A stretch of 64,000 bases of DNA, taken from NCBI GenBank assembly GCA_965203905.1, contig CBDBDQ010000005.1:1056001-1120000 (forward strand), given 5' to 3'. Each line of letters opens with the position of its first letter. The first letter of the stretch is position 1. The notes under the pieces were generated by a model. The model searched no databases and was not told the DNA's origin. It was given only the letters and a program-made list of their open reading frames with translations. Positions 39,634-49,004 of the stretch are shown here, piece after piece. A program made the position numbers and the translations under genes. Origin of the DNA: Spirochaetia bacterium. Lineage in GTDB: Bacteria; Spirochaetota; Spirochaetia; SZUA-6; Bin103.

Positions 39634-39959
39634 TGAGAAAGGCCACAGAAACTGGAACGGTTAACGCCGACCGAGAAGCTGTCGGCGAACTCTGGGATCG
39701 AGATCTTCTGAGGCTCTGGGGCCGTTCGTTCAACGAATAGCGGACGGCGAGGATATGTTTATTGTGACGACGGAAAAACACCTTCATGAGACTACGACAT
39801 GCGTCAAGACCTGGCATACAATCGATTCGTCCACGCACGGAAAGCCGATGGTTATGTTCGGCCCATGAACGCAGTTGCAGTTCTGAACGGCGAACGGTGA
39901 TCATGGTCAGTGTCTATTCTCAGCTCCACTTTCGGCCGTCAGAATGAATTTCTAGTTTC

Positions 39960-40634
39960 GTGACAACTTATGAACAATGGGAAACCGAATCGATGCCTGA
40001 ATTCGTAACTACGTGCCCCTACTGCAAGGCTGAACAAACCGCGTTCTTTTTTGGTGGAGAAGTGCGGACAGAACAATTTGTCTGGGTCACTCTTTGGGTA
40101 TGCCGGAGATGTTCCGAAGGGATCGTGGTTAGGCTGGAGCAACCTCATGAGTTCGCCGGAAGGACCGTCGAGCACCCGCCTAGTACGATAGATCGAGAGA
40201 TTTGCTCTTGCGGATACAGGGTGCTCAGCTCTCACCCAAGACCGGCAAGAGTACAAGCTCCTGACCATGTTCCCCAAGGAGTTGCACAGAGTTACGTAGA
40301 AGCGCTTGATAGCTTAGATAGGCGCAACTTCAATGCTGCAGGAGCAATGTGTAGAGCAACTCTCGACAAGGCAACGAAGCTACTACTACCTGATGGCGAA
40401 GATTCTTCCAAAATGTCGTTGTACAGGAGAATCGAAAGACTGGCTGAATTACGCATCTTGACGAGTGCTCTACAAGAGTGGGCTCACATCGTCCGTGATG
40501 AAGGTAACGAAGCTCTTCATGCTCTACACGAGACCGACGAAATTACTGCGAGAGACCTGTGCCATTTTACAGAGATGTTTCTCTACTACGCCTACACCAT
40601 GCCAGGATATGTCTCCGCATATCGAGGAGAATAG
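39960..40634 (+). CDS. Zn-ribbon plus DUF4145 (HEPN-like) protein; start may be ATG 39993
   Basis: CPYC...CRRC; YVEA, AAGAMCRATLD and R.EGNEALH motifs. Confidence 0.8.
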   Translation: MTTYEQWETESMPEFVTTCPYCKAEQTAFFFGGEVRTEQFVWVTLWVCRRCSEGIVVRLEQPHEFAGRTVEHPPSTIDREICSCGYRVLSSHPRPARVQAPDHVPQGVAQSYVEALDSLDRRNFNAAGAMCRATLDKATKLLLPDGEDSSKMSLYRRIERLAELRILTSALQEWAHIVRDEGNEALHALHETDEITARDLCHFTEMFLYYAYTMPGYVSAYRGE

Positions 40635-40767
40635 GATGCAAGCAGAGAGCGACCAATAGATTGGTGACGAATGCATGCTGTGACGCTACGTTCGCGCTCC
40701 TGGATAATCGGATAATCCTGCTGCAACGGTTGTTCCGTTGTTCACACGTGCCGCATTCTCATTGGTG

Positions 40768-41517
40768 CTATGGTGAGGGCCCTCGGGAGACCGACCGGTT
40801 TCTGACGGGGTCGCGCCACCAACGGCTGGCCGTGTCGCGGCGTGCCGGCACCTGGACGATGCGGTCCTCCTCCAGCAGGTAGGCGCTGAGGCGGCCGCCG
40901 AAGACGCAGGCGCTGTCGAGGCCGACCAGGTAGGGGCGGGCATCGGGACCGGCGCCGGGCGGGCGCTTTATCACCAGGCCGCCGGGGGCGTCGTGGCCGA
41001 ACACGATCAGCTTACCGCCGGGGGCAACGTGGTCGTGCCAGCGCGGGCCCTCGATTCCATCGGTCGGGGGCCAGGTGCGGATCACCACCAGTTCGTCGGG
41101 GGTGCTGCCGGCCAGGCCAGCCTCGGGGTTGATGCCGGCGTGGACCAGCAGGAAGCGCGGCTCGTGGATCGCCAGCGGCAGCCGCTCCAGCCAGGCGGTA
41201 AGCTCGGCGGCGTGCGGCAGCAGATCGCGCAACCGCGGCCCGCGGGACTGCTTCAGCCCATCCGGGGAGCCGCCGGCGACGATGGCCTGCAGTTGCGGCA
41301 GCAGCCAGGTCTCGTGGTTGCCGAGCACCATCTCGGCGCCGGTGGCGCGGATCGCCAGCCACACGCCGAGCGGATCGGGGCCGCGGGTGAAGGCGTCGCC
41401 GGTCAGCAGCAGGCGATCGCGGCCTGGCGCGAACGCCACCGCCTTGAGCAGAGCCTCGAACTCGGCGCAGCAGCCGTGGATGTCGCCGACGAAGATGGTA
41501 CGCGCGGGTGGGGCCAT
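40768..41517 (-). CDS. Metallophosphoesterase (ApaH/PrpE-like), copy 1
   Basis: GDIHG, GDAFTRG, GNHE, VHAG, FGH and GLDSACVFGG motifs. Confidence 0.9.
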   Translation of the reverse strand: MAPPARTIFVGDIHGCCAEFEALLKAVAFAPGRDRLLLTGDAFTRGPDPLGVWLAIRATGAEMVLGNHETWLLPQLQAIVAGGSPDGLKQSRGPRLRDLLPHAAELTAWLERLPLAIHEPRFLLVHAGINPEAGLAGSTPDELVVIRTWPPTDGIEGPRWHDHVAPGGKLIVFGHDAPGGLVIKRPPGAGPDARPYLVGLDSACVFGGRLSAYLLEEDRIVQVPARRDTASRWWRDPVRNRSVSRGPSP

Positions 41518-42413
41518 GGAATCGGTTGCGACTTGGCCGGCGACTACCGGCCGCGGGAGCCGGCCGCGGTCTGCGCCAGGATGAAGGCGCGCAGCGCCGC
41601 GAAGCTGGGCTCCAGGGGCGTGGCCTGCTTGGGGCGCTCCAGCAGTTCCTGCAGCGGCGCCGGCACCGGCGGCACCACGCCGGTGGCACGCTGCACGGTC
41701 TCCGGGAACTTGCCGGCATCGGCGGTGGCGAGCACCACCACGGGCGAGCCCGGGGCCCCGAACACGGCGCCCTGCTCGCGCAGTCGGCGGGCGGCGGCGA
41801 TCCCGACCGCGGTGTGCGGGTCGATCAGCCGGCCATCGCGGTCATGGGCCCGGCGCATGGTGGCCAGGGTCTCGTCCTCGCCGACCGCACAGCCCTTGAG
41901 GTGGGCGCTGACGGCGGCGTGATCGTGGTTCCAGCGCGCCAGGATGCGCTCGAAGTTGGAGGGGTTGCCCACGTCCATGGCGTTGGACAGGGTGGCGACG
42001 CTGGCGCGAGGGTCCAGGGCGCCGGTGTCGAGGTAGTTCGGGACCACGTCGTTGCGGTTGGTTGCGGCCCAGAAGCCCGCCACCGGCAGTCCCCACTGGG
42101 CCGCGTACACGCCGGCGGTGAGGTTGCCGAAGTTGCCGCTCGGGACGCAGAACAGCGGCGAGCCGGCGGCGCGCAGGCGCAGGCCGGCGAAGATGTAGTA
42201 GAACGCCTGCGGCAGCAGCCGCCCGAGGCTGATCGAGTTGGCCGGGCACAGGCGCGCCGCGGCGACCAGCTCGCGGTCGATCAGCGCCTGCTTCACCAGC
42301 CGTTCGCAGTCGTCGAACGAGCCGCGATCCCGACGGCGTGGATCTTGTGACCGAGGGTGGTGAGCTGCTACTCCTGCAGGCGGCTGAAGCGCTCGGAGGG
42401 GTACAGCAGCACC
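40816..42413. repeat. Direct duplication copy A (metallophosphoesterase + 3' part of thrC)
   Basis: Aligns to 45971-47569 at an offset of about 5155 bp. Confidence 0.95.
41544..42413 (-). pseudogene. thrC: Threonine synthase 3' fragment (5'-truncated, frameshift and stop)
   Basis: Near-identical to the intact thrC; 1-bp deletion near 42324; CAG to TAG near 42369; the first about 165 codons are missing. Confidence 0.9.
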
Positions 42414-42520
42414 GCGAGCGCATTGCAGAGGAAGGTCGAATCAGCTGCCCAGCCCCGATCGAGCATGGCACAATCGAGTACCCCCGATCGGGGGTAGCAT
42501 GCGTAGATTCCGCGTAGCCC

Positions 42521-43276
42521 TTACCCTACCCAAGGGTCCTCAGCAAAGACGATGGGTCTCGCATAGCTGCCAACACCGACGATGATGCCATCGACGGTGT
42601 CCAGACAACGCTCGACAAATCCCTTGGTCATGTAGAAAAACCAAGGCTGGTTATCTGACTCAGCGCGGGAGAAGTAACTTGCCCAACCATCTGAATCGAC
42701 GCGCTTGGCGAAACTGGCAAGGTCCGCGTCCGGCCACTCGAGGCCGAAGTGAAACATCTTGTTCCGATACGCAAAGAGAGCTGGCGCCGTCGTACCCAAG
42801 TCGTCGGGCACGTGACGCCTCAAGTCGATGTTGTCGGCGATCTGCAAAAATGCGTTGGCGATGCCGAACCTACGTCGGCTCTCTTTCCATATCTGCGCGT
42901 CCTTGAAGTAGGTGACGGTTTGGCAGAACAGGGACTCTATGAGTGGCGCGATCAGACCGACAGCCGCCATACTATGTGCAGCTTCGAGGAAAGTCCAGTC
43001 GTGCATCTGGGTGTCCCAGTGGTGATCCGCCCAATGTTGTGGGTAGCGGTGCCCGCGGATGTCGGCTTGGAGTTCACGGATCCGAGCCGCTGCTTGTTCT
43101 TCGGCATCTTGGTTGCGTTGCAGGACACTTCGGATTGCGACACACTGAGATTCGTAGTTCGGGGTTAGGATTGATAGCCCGATGTCTCGGTCGGTAACGG
43201 TATCGAACCCAACTCCAGCATATTCGCACAGGAACTCCAAATGCTCCCGTACTGACACTAGCTGTAGATCACTCAT
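42521..43276 (-). CDS. Hypothetical protein with an RxxxxH (RNKMFH) HEPN-like motif
   Basis: 251 aa from MSDLQ; helical; IESLF...YRNKMFHFG. Confidence 0.55.
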   Translation of the reverse strand: MSDLQLVSVREHLEFLCEYAGVGFDTVTDRDIGLSILTPNYESQCVAIRSVLQRNQDAEEQAAARIRELQADIRGHRYPQHWADHHWDTQMHDWTFLEAAHSMAAVGLIAPLIESLFCQTVTYFKDAQIWKESRRRFGIANAFLQIADNIDLRRHVPDDLGTTAPALFAYRNKMFHFGLEWPDADLASFAKRVDSDGWASYFSRAESDNQPWFFYMTKGFVERCLDTVDGIIVGVGSYARPIVFAEDPWVG

Positions 43277-43951
43277 TTCCGATCGGATCGGCGGATAGTT
43301 GAAGAGTGGCGACGATAAACGATCTGCTTTCCCACGGGGACGCTCCTCTGCCGCTTGCCAAGCATGGGGGCAGTTCGCCACCCCAAAACGGTTGAGTTGT
43401 GCGACCGATTTCTTCGCATGCTGCCAACGGCCTGTGACAAGATGGGCCGTCCGCGATCAGTGGGTCGGTTTGTTCCATAATACACCGTGCCCTTTAGATC
43501 GCCTGCTGTACCACAGCCACACGCCATCACAATCCGACCTGATAGCTATCAGTCCCCAAGAAGCCACAGTCCAGACTACTCAGACCGCCCATTAAACTCT
43601 TGTTCACTCCACCAGCGTCCTTGTAGTAACAGCGAGTTCCCGTTCCTGACCCAGCGACAAGTCGGCAGCTCGCGGATCTACTTGGCATCGACCAGAGGTC
43701 GGCCGTGGAGGAATTCCGCCAAGATCAGACGAATGGGAAGTTCACGATGCTGATTCCCATCGGCTACCAATTTCTCGCGCGATCTTAGCACAGGACCATA
43801 GCACCTCACGCGAGTATAGTTCGTTGCGTCCGGTTCATCCCAAGATTGTTAAGCTGATCCCAGATTGCCGCAACTTTCAGCTGTGGCATGAAGCTCCGTC
43901 ACGTCGCCGTCCGACCGTCTGTCTTACTTCGACTCATAAAGCCGTCTATAG

Positions 43952-44565
43952 TCAACTTAGGTTCGTATTTTGAAACAGTGTCGCTCGCGAATGCCCGTCC
44001 GTCCTATTTTTCATTAACACGATTATCATTTGATCATCACCGGCAAGGACGATTTGATGATGATTCAGGAGTCTTATGATTTTGTTCATCCAATGTGGAG
44101 CATCTTGAAGGAATCGATGCGCGTCAGCAGCTTGCTGTGGAGAAAACGGATTACGTGTGTGTAGTAGCTTCGAGCAGTGGTCATATAGTGTCTTGAAGTT
44201 GTCGAGTGTGAGGAAGCCTCTCTCTATTTCCTTATTCTCAAAGTAGCCTTTCCGCACCTCATTTTGAATCGTAGGAACCGGATAGAATCCGGGATTTACT
44301 TCCTTAATTCGGTCCAGAATCTTTTTTGCTTGCCAGTGTGTGGCGAAATTCGCATGTTGTCGTCCATATTCGTCTTTATTAGCTATCAGTGAAGCGAGAG
44401 CGATGAGTTCAAGTATTTTCCGGATTGTAACGCAACGGACTCGGCAGTAGGCACATCGTACTTTGCGTTACAAAGACGACTAATGAAACATGTCACTACT
44501 TCTGTACGCTTTTTTATTTCTTCCATCTGGTCGCAATACAGGCGTAGGCTACGTTCGTCTGGCAT
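43952..44565 (-). pseudogene. Frameshifted hypothetical (possibly HEPN-like) gene
   Basis: MPDERSLRLYC...ESVALQ continues, after restoring one A near 44425, as IRKILELIALASLIANK...LYDHCSKLLHTRNPF; AT-rich. Confidence 0.65.
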
Positions 44566-44995
44566 CCGGGTGGATTTTCCTGCTACAATAATATGCAATC
44601 GCTCGTTCGGAGTCAAAGATTCCGATGTGTCCATTCCTTCTGGGTCGTCAGCCGTCGCTTGCTCAGTCCTTGTATTGACTACGTTGGCGTACACCATGGT
44701 GCCCAACGCTCACGCCCAGTAGGCAACGTGGTCAATAATGCGGATGAGTACGGATCAATTGACGGCCTCATCCTCGGTACATGACCTGTTTCCGGCCGCT
44801 TTGGCGTCTCGGGCGACTCTCGTGAGAGGAAGCGTTCCGTGACGCGCCCGGGAATGATCGCCAAAGTTGCGCCCGCGCTGACGCGCAATGAATTCCGCAG
44901 CTGGAGAGGAAGATCATCAAGCTTCGAGCGAGCCGGAGACCGAGCGCGCGGTGAGGGGAGTGGATCGTCCCTGCTGGCGTCGGCAGGACTATACA

Positions 44996-45890
44996 ATGGC
45001 ACGAACCGTTTCCGACGTCCGATCACGTCGCGCTGGAACTGGAATGCGTCGACCGCATGTACCTGAACGTCTACGTGCCGCTGTTGCAGCGCCCAGAGGG
45101 CGTGGCCCACTACCTGCGTGATGTGTGCGGCTACCAGGTGCCATCGTCGGCGCTGCTGGGGCCCGGACGCACGCCTTCGTGAGGGCCATCTAGTTCTGCT
45201 CCTATTTCGCGTTCAACGCCAAGCTGTGCCTCGACGGCCACGAGTACCTGAAGTGGCAGTTGGCCCGTCGTGGCATCGCCTTCGAGGCACTGGACAACGG
45301 CATCCTCGGTTGTGCCGACCCACAGCTCATGCAGGCGCTGGCTGACGGGCTCAGCGCCGCGCGTATCGACAGATTGCTGCGCAAGTGCCCGCCTGCCCCA
45401 TCCGTACAGCGCCGCCGGCCGGCCCGCCGGCATCGGCTACGAGTTGTCGATCCTGCAGGCCGAGTTTCGCGCTCACCCAGGTGCTCGACCACCGCTGCAC
45501 GGTCGTGCGTTCTTCGAGGGACGTGATCCGTGAATCTGGACCTGGGGCGTCCCGACCAGGTGCGGTTGATCTTGGAGGCGTCGCTGCACGTCGATTACAA
45601 GCACTCGCGCATCAAGCAGTATCAAAAGGAAGGGTGTGCGCTCCGCACCGAGACGGCTATCAACGATAGCAACGACTTCGGCATCGGCTGACGGCTGAGC
45701 AACTTCGATCAGCTCAGAGGACTGGGGTTTCCACCAACCGACGCCTGTTGCGCGACCAACGCATCAGCCATAACTGCCAGATCGGAGACGCTGCCTTTGA
45801 TGTTCTGCAGCAGTCGCGGGTGGCAGCCGCCAGCGACCAGCGCACTGCTGGCCTGCGCCTCGGCTGCGCACGGGTGCAAGCGTTGCTAAA
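44996..45890 (+). mobile_element. Decayed gene of a multicopy IS-like family
   Basis: Across frameshifts and deletions it reads LECVDRMYLNVYVPLLQ, GHEYLK.QLARRGIAFEALDNG, LPHPYS, LDLGRPDQV, LHVDYKHSRIKQY and LRTETAIND. Family recalled from memory. Confidence 0.6.
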
Positions 45891-45940
45891 GCGCGAGCTG
45901 CCACCGCTAGTCGTAACGTGCAAGCGGTACGTGCTTGGCA

Positions 45941-46672
45941 TTAGGTCGACCGGGCGCCAGGACTGCCCATCCACCAGCGGACAGCCGCGGCGCGGCGCGC
46001 CGGGACCTGGACGATGCGGTCTTCCTCCAGCAGGTAGGCGCTGAGGTGGCCGCCGAAGACGCACGCGCTGTCGAGGCCGACCAGGTAGGGGCGGGCATCG
46101 GGGCCGGCGCCGGGCGGACGCTTTACCACCAGGCCGCCGGGGGCGTCATGGCCGAACACGATCAGCTTGCCGCCGGGGGCCACGTGGTCGTGCCAGCGCG
46201 GGCCCTCGATTCCGCCGACCGGCGGCCAGGTGCGGATGGCGACCAGCTCGTCGGGGGTGCTGCCGGCCAGGCCGGCCTCGGGGTTGATGCCGGCGTGAAC
46301 GAGCAGGAAGCGCGGCTCGTCGATCGCCAGCGGCAGCCCTTCCAGCCAGGCGGTAAGCTCGGCGGCGTGCGGAAGCAGATCGCGCAACCGCGGCCCGCGG
46401 GACTGCTTCAGCGCATCCGGGGAGCCGCCGGCGACGATGGCCTGCAGTTGCGGCAGCAGCCAGGTCTCGTGGTTGCCGAGCACCATCTCGGCGCCGGTGG
46501 CGCGGATCGCCAGCCACACGCCGAGCGGATCGGGGCCGCGGGTGAAGGCGTCGCCGGTCAGCAGCAGGCGGTCGCGGCCTGGCGCGAACCCGACCGCCTT
46601 GAGCAGAGCCTCGAACTCGGCGCAGCAGCCGTGGATGTCGCCGACGAAGATGGTACGCGCGGGTGGGGCCAT
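45941..46672 (-). CDS. Metallophosphoesterase (ApaH/PrpE-like), copy 2
   Basis: Same motifs as copy 1; last gene of the thr operon. Confidence 0.9.
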   Translation of the reverse strand: MAPPARTIFVGDIHGCCAEFEALLKAVGFAPGRDRLLLTGDAFTRGPDPLGVWLAIRATGAEMVLGNHETWLLPQLQAIVAGGSPDALKQSRGPRLRDLLPHAAELTAWLEGLPLAIDEPRFLLVHAGINPEAGLAGSTPDELVAIRTWPPVGGIEGPRWHDHVAPGGKLIVFGHDAPGGLVVKRPPGAGPDARPYLVGLDSACVFGGHLSAYLLEEDRIVQVPARRAAAVRWWMGSPGARST

Positions 46673-47569
46673 GGAATCGGCTGCGACTTGGCCGGCGACT
46701 ACCGGCCGCGTGAGCCGGCCGCGGTCTGCGCCAGGATGAAGGCGCGTAGGGCCGGCAAGCTGGGCTCCAGGGGCGTGGCCTGCTTGGGGCGCTCCAGCAG
46801 CTCCTGCAGCGGCGCCGGCACCGGCGGCACCACGCCGGTGGCACGCTGCACGGTCTCCGGGAACTTGCCGGCATCGGCGGTGGCGAGCACCACCACGGGC
46901 GAGCCCGGGGCCCCGAACACGGCGCCCTGCTCGCGCAGTCGCCGGGCGGCGGCGACCCCGACCGCGGTGTGCGGGTCGATCAGCCGGCCATCCCGGTCAT
47001 GGACCTGGCGCATGGTGGCCAGGGTCTCGTCCTCGCCGATCGCACAGCCCTTGAGGTGGGCGCTGACGGCGGCGTGATCGTGGTTCCAGCGCGCCAGGAT
47101 GCGCTCGAAGTTGGAGGGGTTGCCCACGTCCATGGCGTTGGACAGGGTGGCGACGCTGGCGCGAGGGTCCAGGGCGCCGGTGTCGAGGTAGTTCGGGACC
47201 ACGTCGTTGCGGTTGGTTGCGGCCCAGAAGCCCGCCACCGGCAGTCCCCACTGGGCCGCATACACGCCGGCGGTCAGGTTGCCGAAGTTGCCGCTCGGGA
47301 CGCAGAACAGCGGCGTGCCGGCGGCGCGCAGGCGCAGGCCGGCGAAGATGTAGTAGAACGCCTGCGGCAGCAGCCGCCCGAGGCTGATCGAGTTGGCCGG
47401 GCACAGGCGCGCCGCGGCGACCAGCTCGCGGTCGATCAGCGCCTGCTTCACCAGCCGCTGGCAGTCGTCGAACGAGCCGGCGATCTCGACCGCGTGGATG
47501 TTGTCGCCGAGGGCGGTGAGCTGCTGCTCCTGCAGGCGGCTGATGCGCCCGGAGGGGTAGAGCAGCACC
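45971..47569. repeat. Direct duplication copy B
   Basis: Aligns to 40816-42413. Confidence 0.95.
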
Positions 47570-48066
47570 ACCTCGACACCGCCGCGACGCCAGAACGCGC
47601 GCGCCACCGCGCCGCCGGTGTCGCCGGAGGTGGCGACCAGCACCACCACGGGAGCGCCGTCCGGCTCGCTGGCGAGCCGGCGCTCCAGAATCGTGGCCAG
47701 GAACGAGGCGCCGAAATCCTTGAACGCGCTGGTGGGGCCGTGATACAGCTCCAGCAGGGCAATGCCATCGTCCAGCCAGCTCAGCGCCGGGGCAAAGGGA
47801 AAGGCAGTCGCGGCCACCTCGCGAGCCGCGGCCCGCGCGTTGCCGCCCGCGCCGCCGGCAGCCAGCTCGTCGGCCAGCAGCGCTTCGGTCATTGCCCCCG
47901 CGAGCTCCACGAACGGGGCGTCGCCGGGCAGGCCGGCGATGACGTCGCCCAGCTCGGGCGCGGGACACGGCTGGTAGAGGCCGCCTCCGGGCGGCAACCC
48001 GGCCAGCAGCGACTCGCCGAACGACAGCCGTATGGCGGGATCGCGCGTGGAGCAGACGGTCAACAT
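46699..48066 (-). CDS. thrC: Threonine synthase
   Basis: LELYHGPTSAFKDFG, ATSGDTG, GSFDDCQ, ANSI, PSGNFGN and SNAMDVGNPSNFER motifs. Confidence 0.96.
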   Translation of the reverse strand: MLTVCSTRDPAIRLSFGESLLAGLPPGGGLYQPCPAPELGDVIAGLPGDAPFVELAGAMTEALLADELAAGGAGGNARAAAREVAATAFPFAPALSWLDDGIALLELYHGPTSAFKDFGASFLATILERRLASEPDGAPVVVLVATSGDTGGAVARAFWRRGGVEVVLLYPSGRISRLQEQQLTALGDNIHAVEIAGSFDDCQRLVKQALIDRELVAAARLCPANSISLGRLLPQAFYYIFAGLRLRAAGTPLFCVPSGNFGNLTAGVYAAQWGLPVAGFWAATNRNDVVPNYLDTGALDPRASVATLSNAMDVGNPSNFERILARWNHDHAAVSAHLKGCAIGEDETLATMRQVHDRDGRLIDPHTAVGVAAARRLREQGAVFGAPGSPVVVLATADAGKFPETVQRATGVVPPVPAPLQELLERPKQATPLEPSLPALRAFILAQTAAGSRGR

Positions 48067-49004
48067 TCGGCGACGATCCGCGGCCCGGCGCGGCCGATCT
48101 CCGACACGTAGGCGGCGGCGGTCAGCCCGGCGGCTGCAAACGCCTCCCGCATCCCCTCGGCCACGGAACCCGCCTGCGCCACGGAGGCGGCCAGGGCGAA
48201 CACCGCGGGACCGGCTCCGGATATGGAGCAGCCGATGGCGCCACCGTCCAGGGCGGCCTTCTTGACCGCCGCGAAACCGGGAATCAGGACCGCCCGCACC
48301 GGCTCGGCGATCAGGTCATCCAGCGAGCGGCCCATGAGCGCCAGGTCGCCGGCGTACAGCGATGCCACCAGGGCGGCGAGGTTGCCCCACTGCGAGACGG
48401 CGTCGGCCAGCGGGATCTGCTTGCGCAGGATGCGCCGCGCCGCCTCGGTGGGGATCTCCACGTCGGGGCTGAGCAGCGCCACCGCCAGGCCGTCCGGCAC
48501 CGGCAGGCGCACCAGGTCCAAAGGCGCGACGCTGCGGATCAGCACGAACCCGCCCATCAGGGCCGGCGCCGCGTTGTCCGCGTGTCCGGCACCGGCCGCG
48601 ACCTGCTCGGCGGCAAGGGCGCAGGGCAGCAGCTCCTTCGCCGCCAGCGGGTCGCCGGCCAACCGGTTGACGGCGGCCAGGGCCGCGGCGGCACTGGCCG
48701 CGGAGCTGCCGAGGCCGGAGGCCAGGGGCATACCCTTGTGCAGAACCAGGTCCACGCCGAACGGCTCGCCGAGCCGCTCCAGCAGCCTGCCGGCGGCCAC
48801 CACCGCGGTGTTGCTGTCGCCGCGCGGCAGGCGGCCGCCGTCGCCGTTGACCTCCAGCAGGGTGACCCCGCCACCCGCCCGCCGGCGCGCCTCCACGGTG
48901 TCTCCGGGCCGTTCCACGGCGAATCCCAGCACGTCGAACCCCGACCCCACGTTGGCGACCGTGGCCGGCGCAAAGGCGGTCACCCGCCGCGGCAAGGCGC
49001 TCAT
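48060..49004 (-). CDS. thrB: Homoserine kinase
   Basis: PATVANVGSGFDVLG, PLASGLGSSAAS, HADNAAP and ISGAGP motifs. Confidence 0.96.
   Translation of the reverse strand: MSALPRRVTAFAPATVANVGSGFDVLGFAVERPGDTVEARRRAGGGVTLLEVNGDGGRLPRGDSNTAVVAAGRLLERLGEPFGVDLVLHKGMPLASGLGSSAASAAAALAAVNRLAGDPLAAKELLPCALAAEQVAAGAGHADNAAPALMGGFVLIRSVAPLDLVRLPVPDGLAVALLSPDVEIPTEAARRILRKQIPLADAVSQWGNLAALVASLYAGDLALMGRSLDDLIAEPVRAVLIPGFAAVKKAALDGGAIGCSISGAGPAVFALAASVAQAGSVAEGMREAFAAAGLTAAAYVSEIGRAGPRIVAEC

Noticed and set aside
43280-43950. Short ORFs or an ncRNA in the 670-bp gap
   Set aside because: No motif, RBS or repeat structure I can support; probably degraded DNA.
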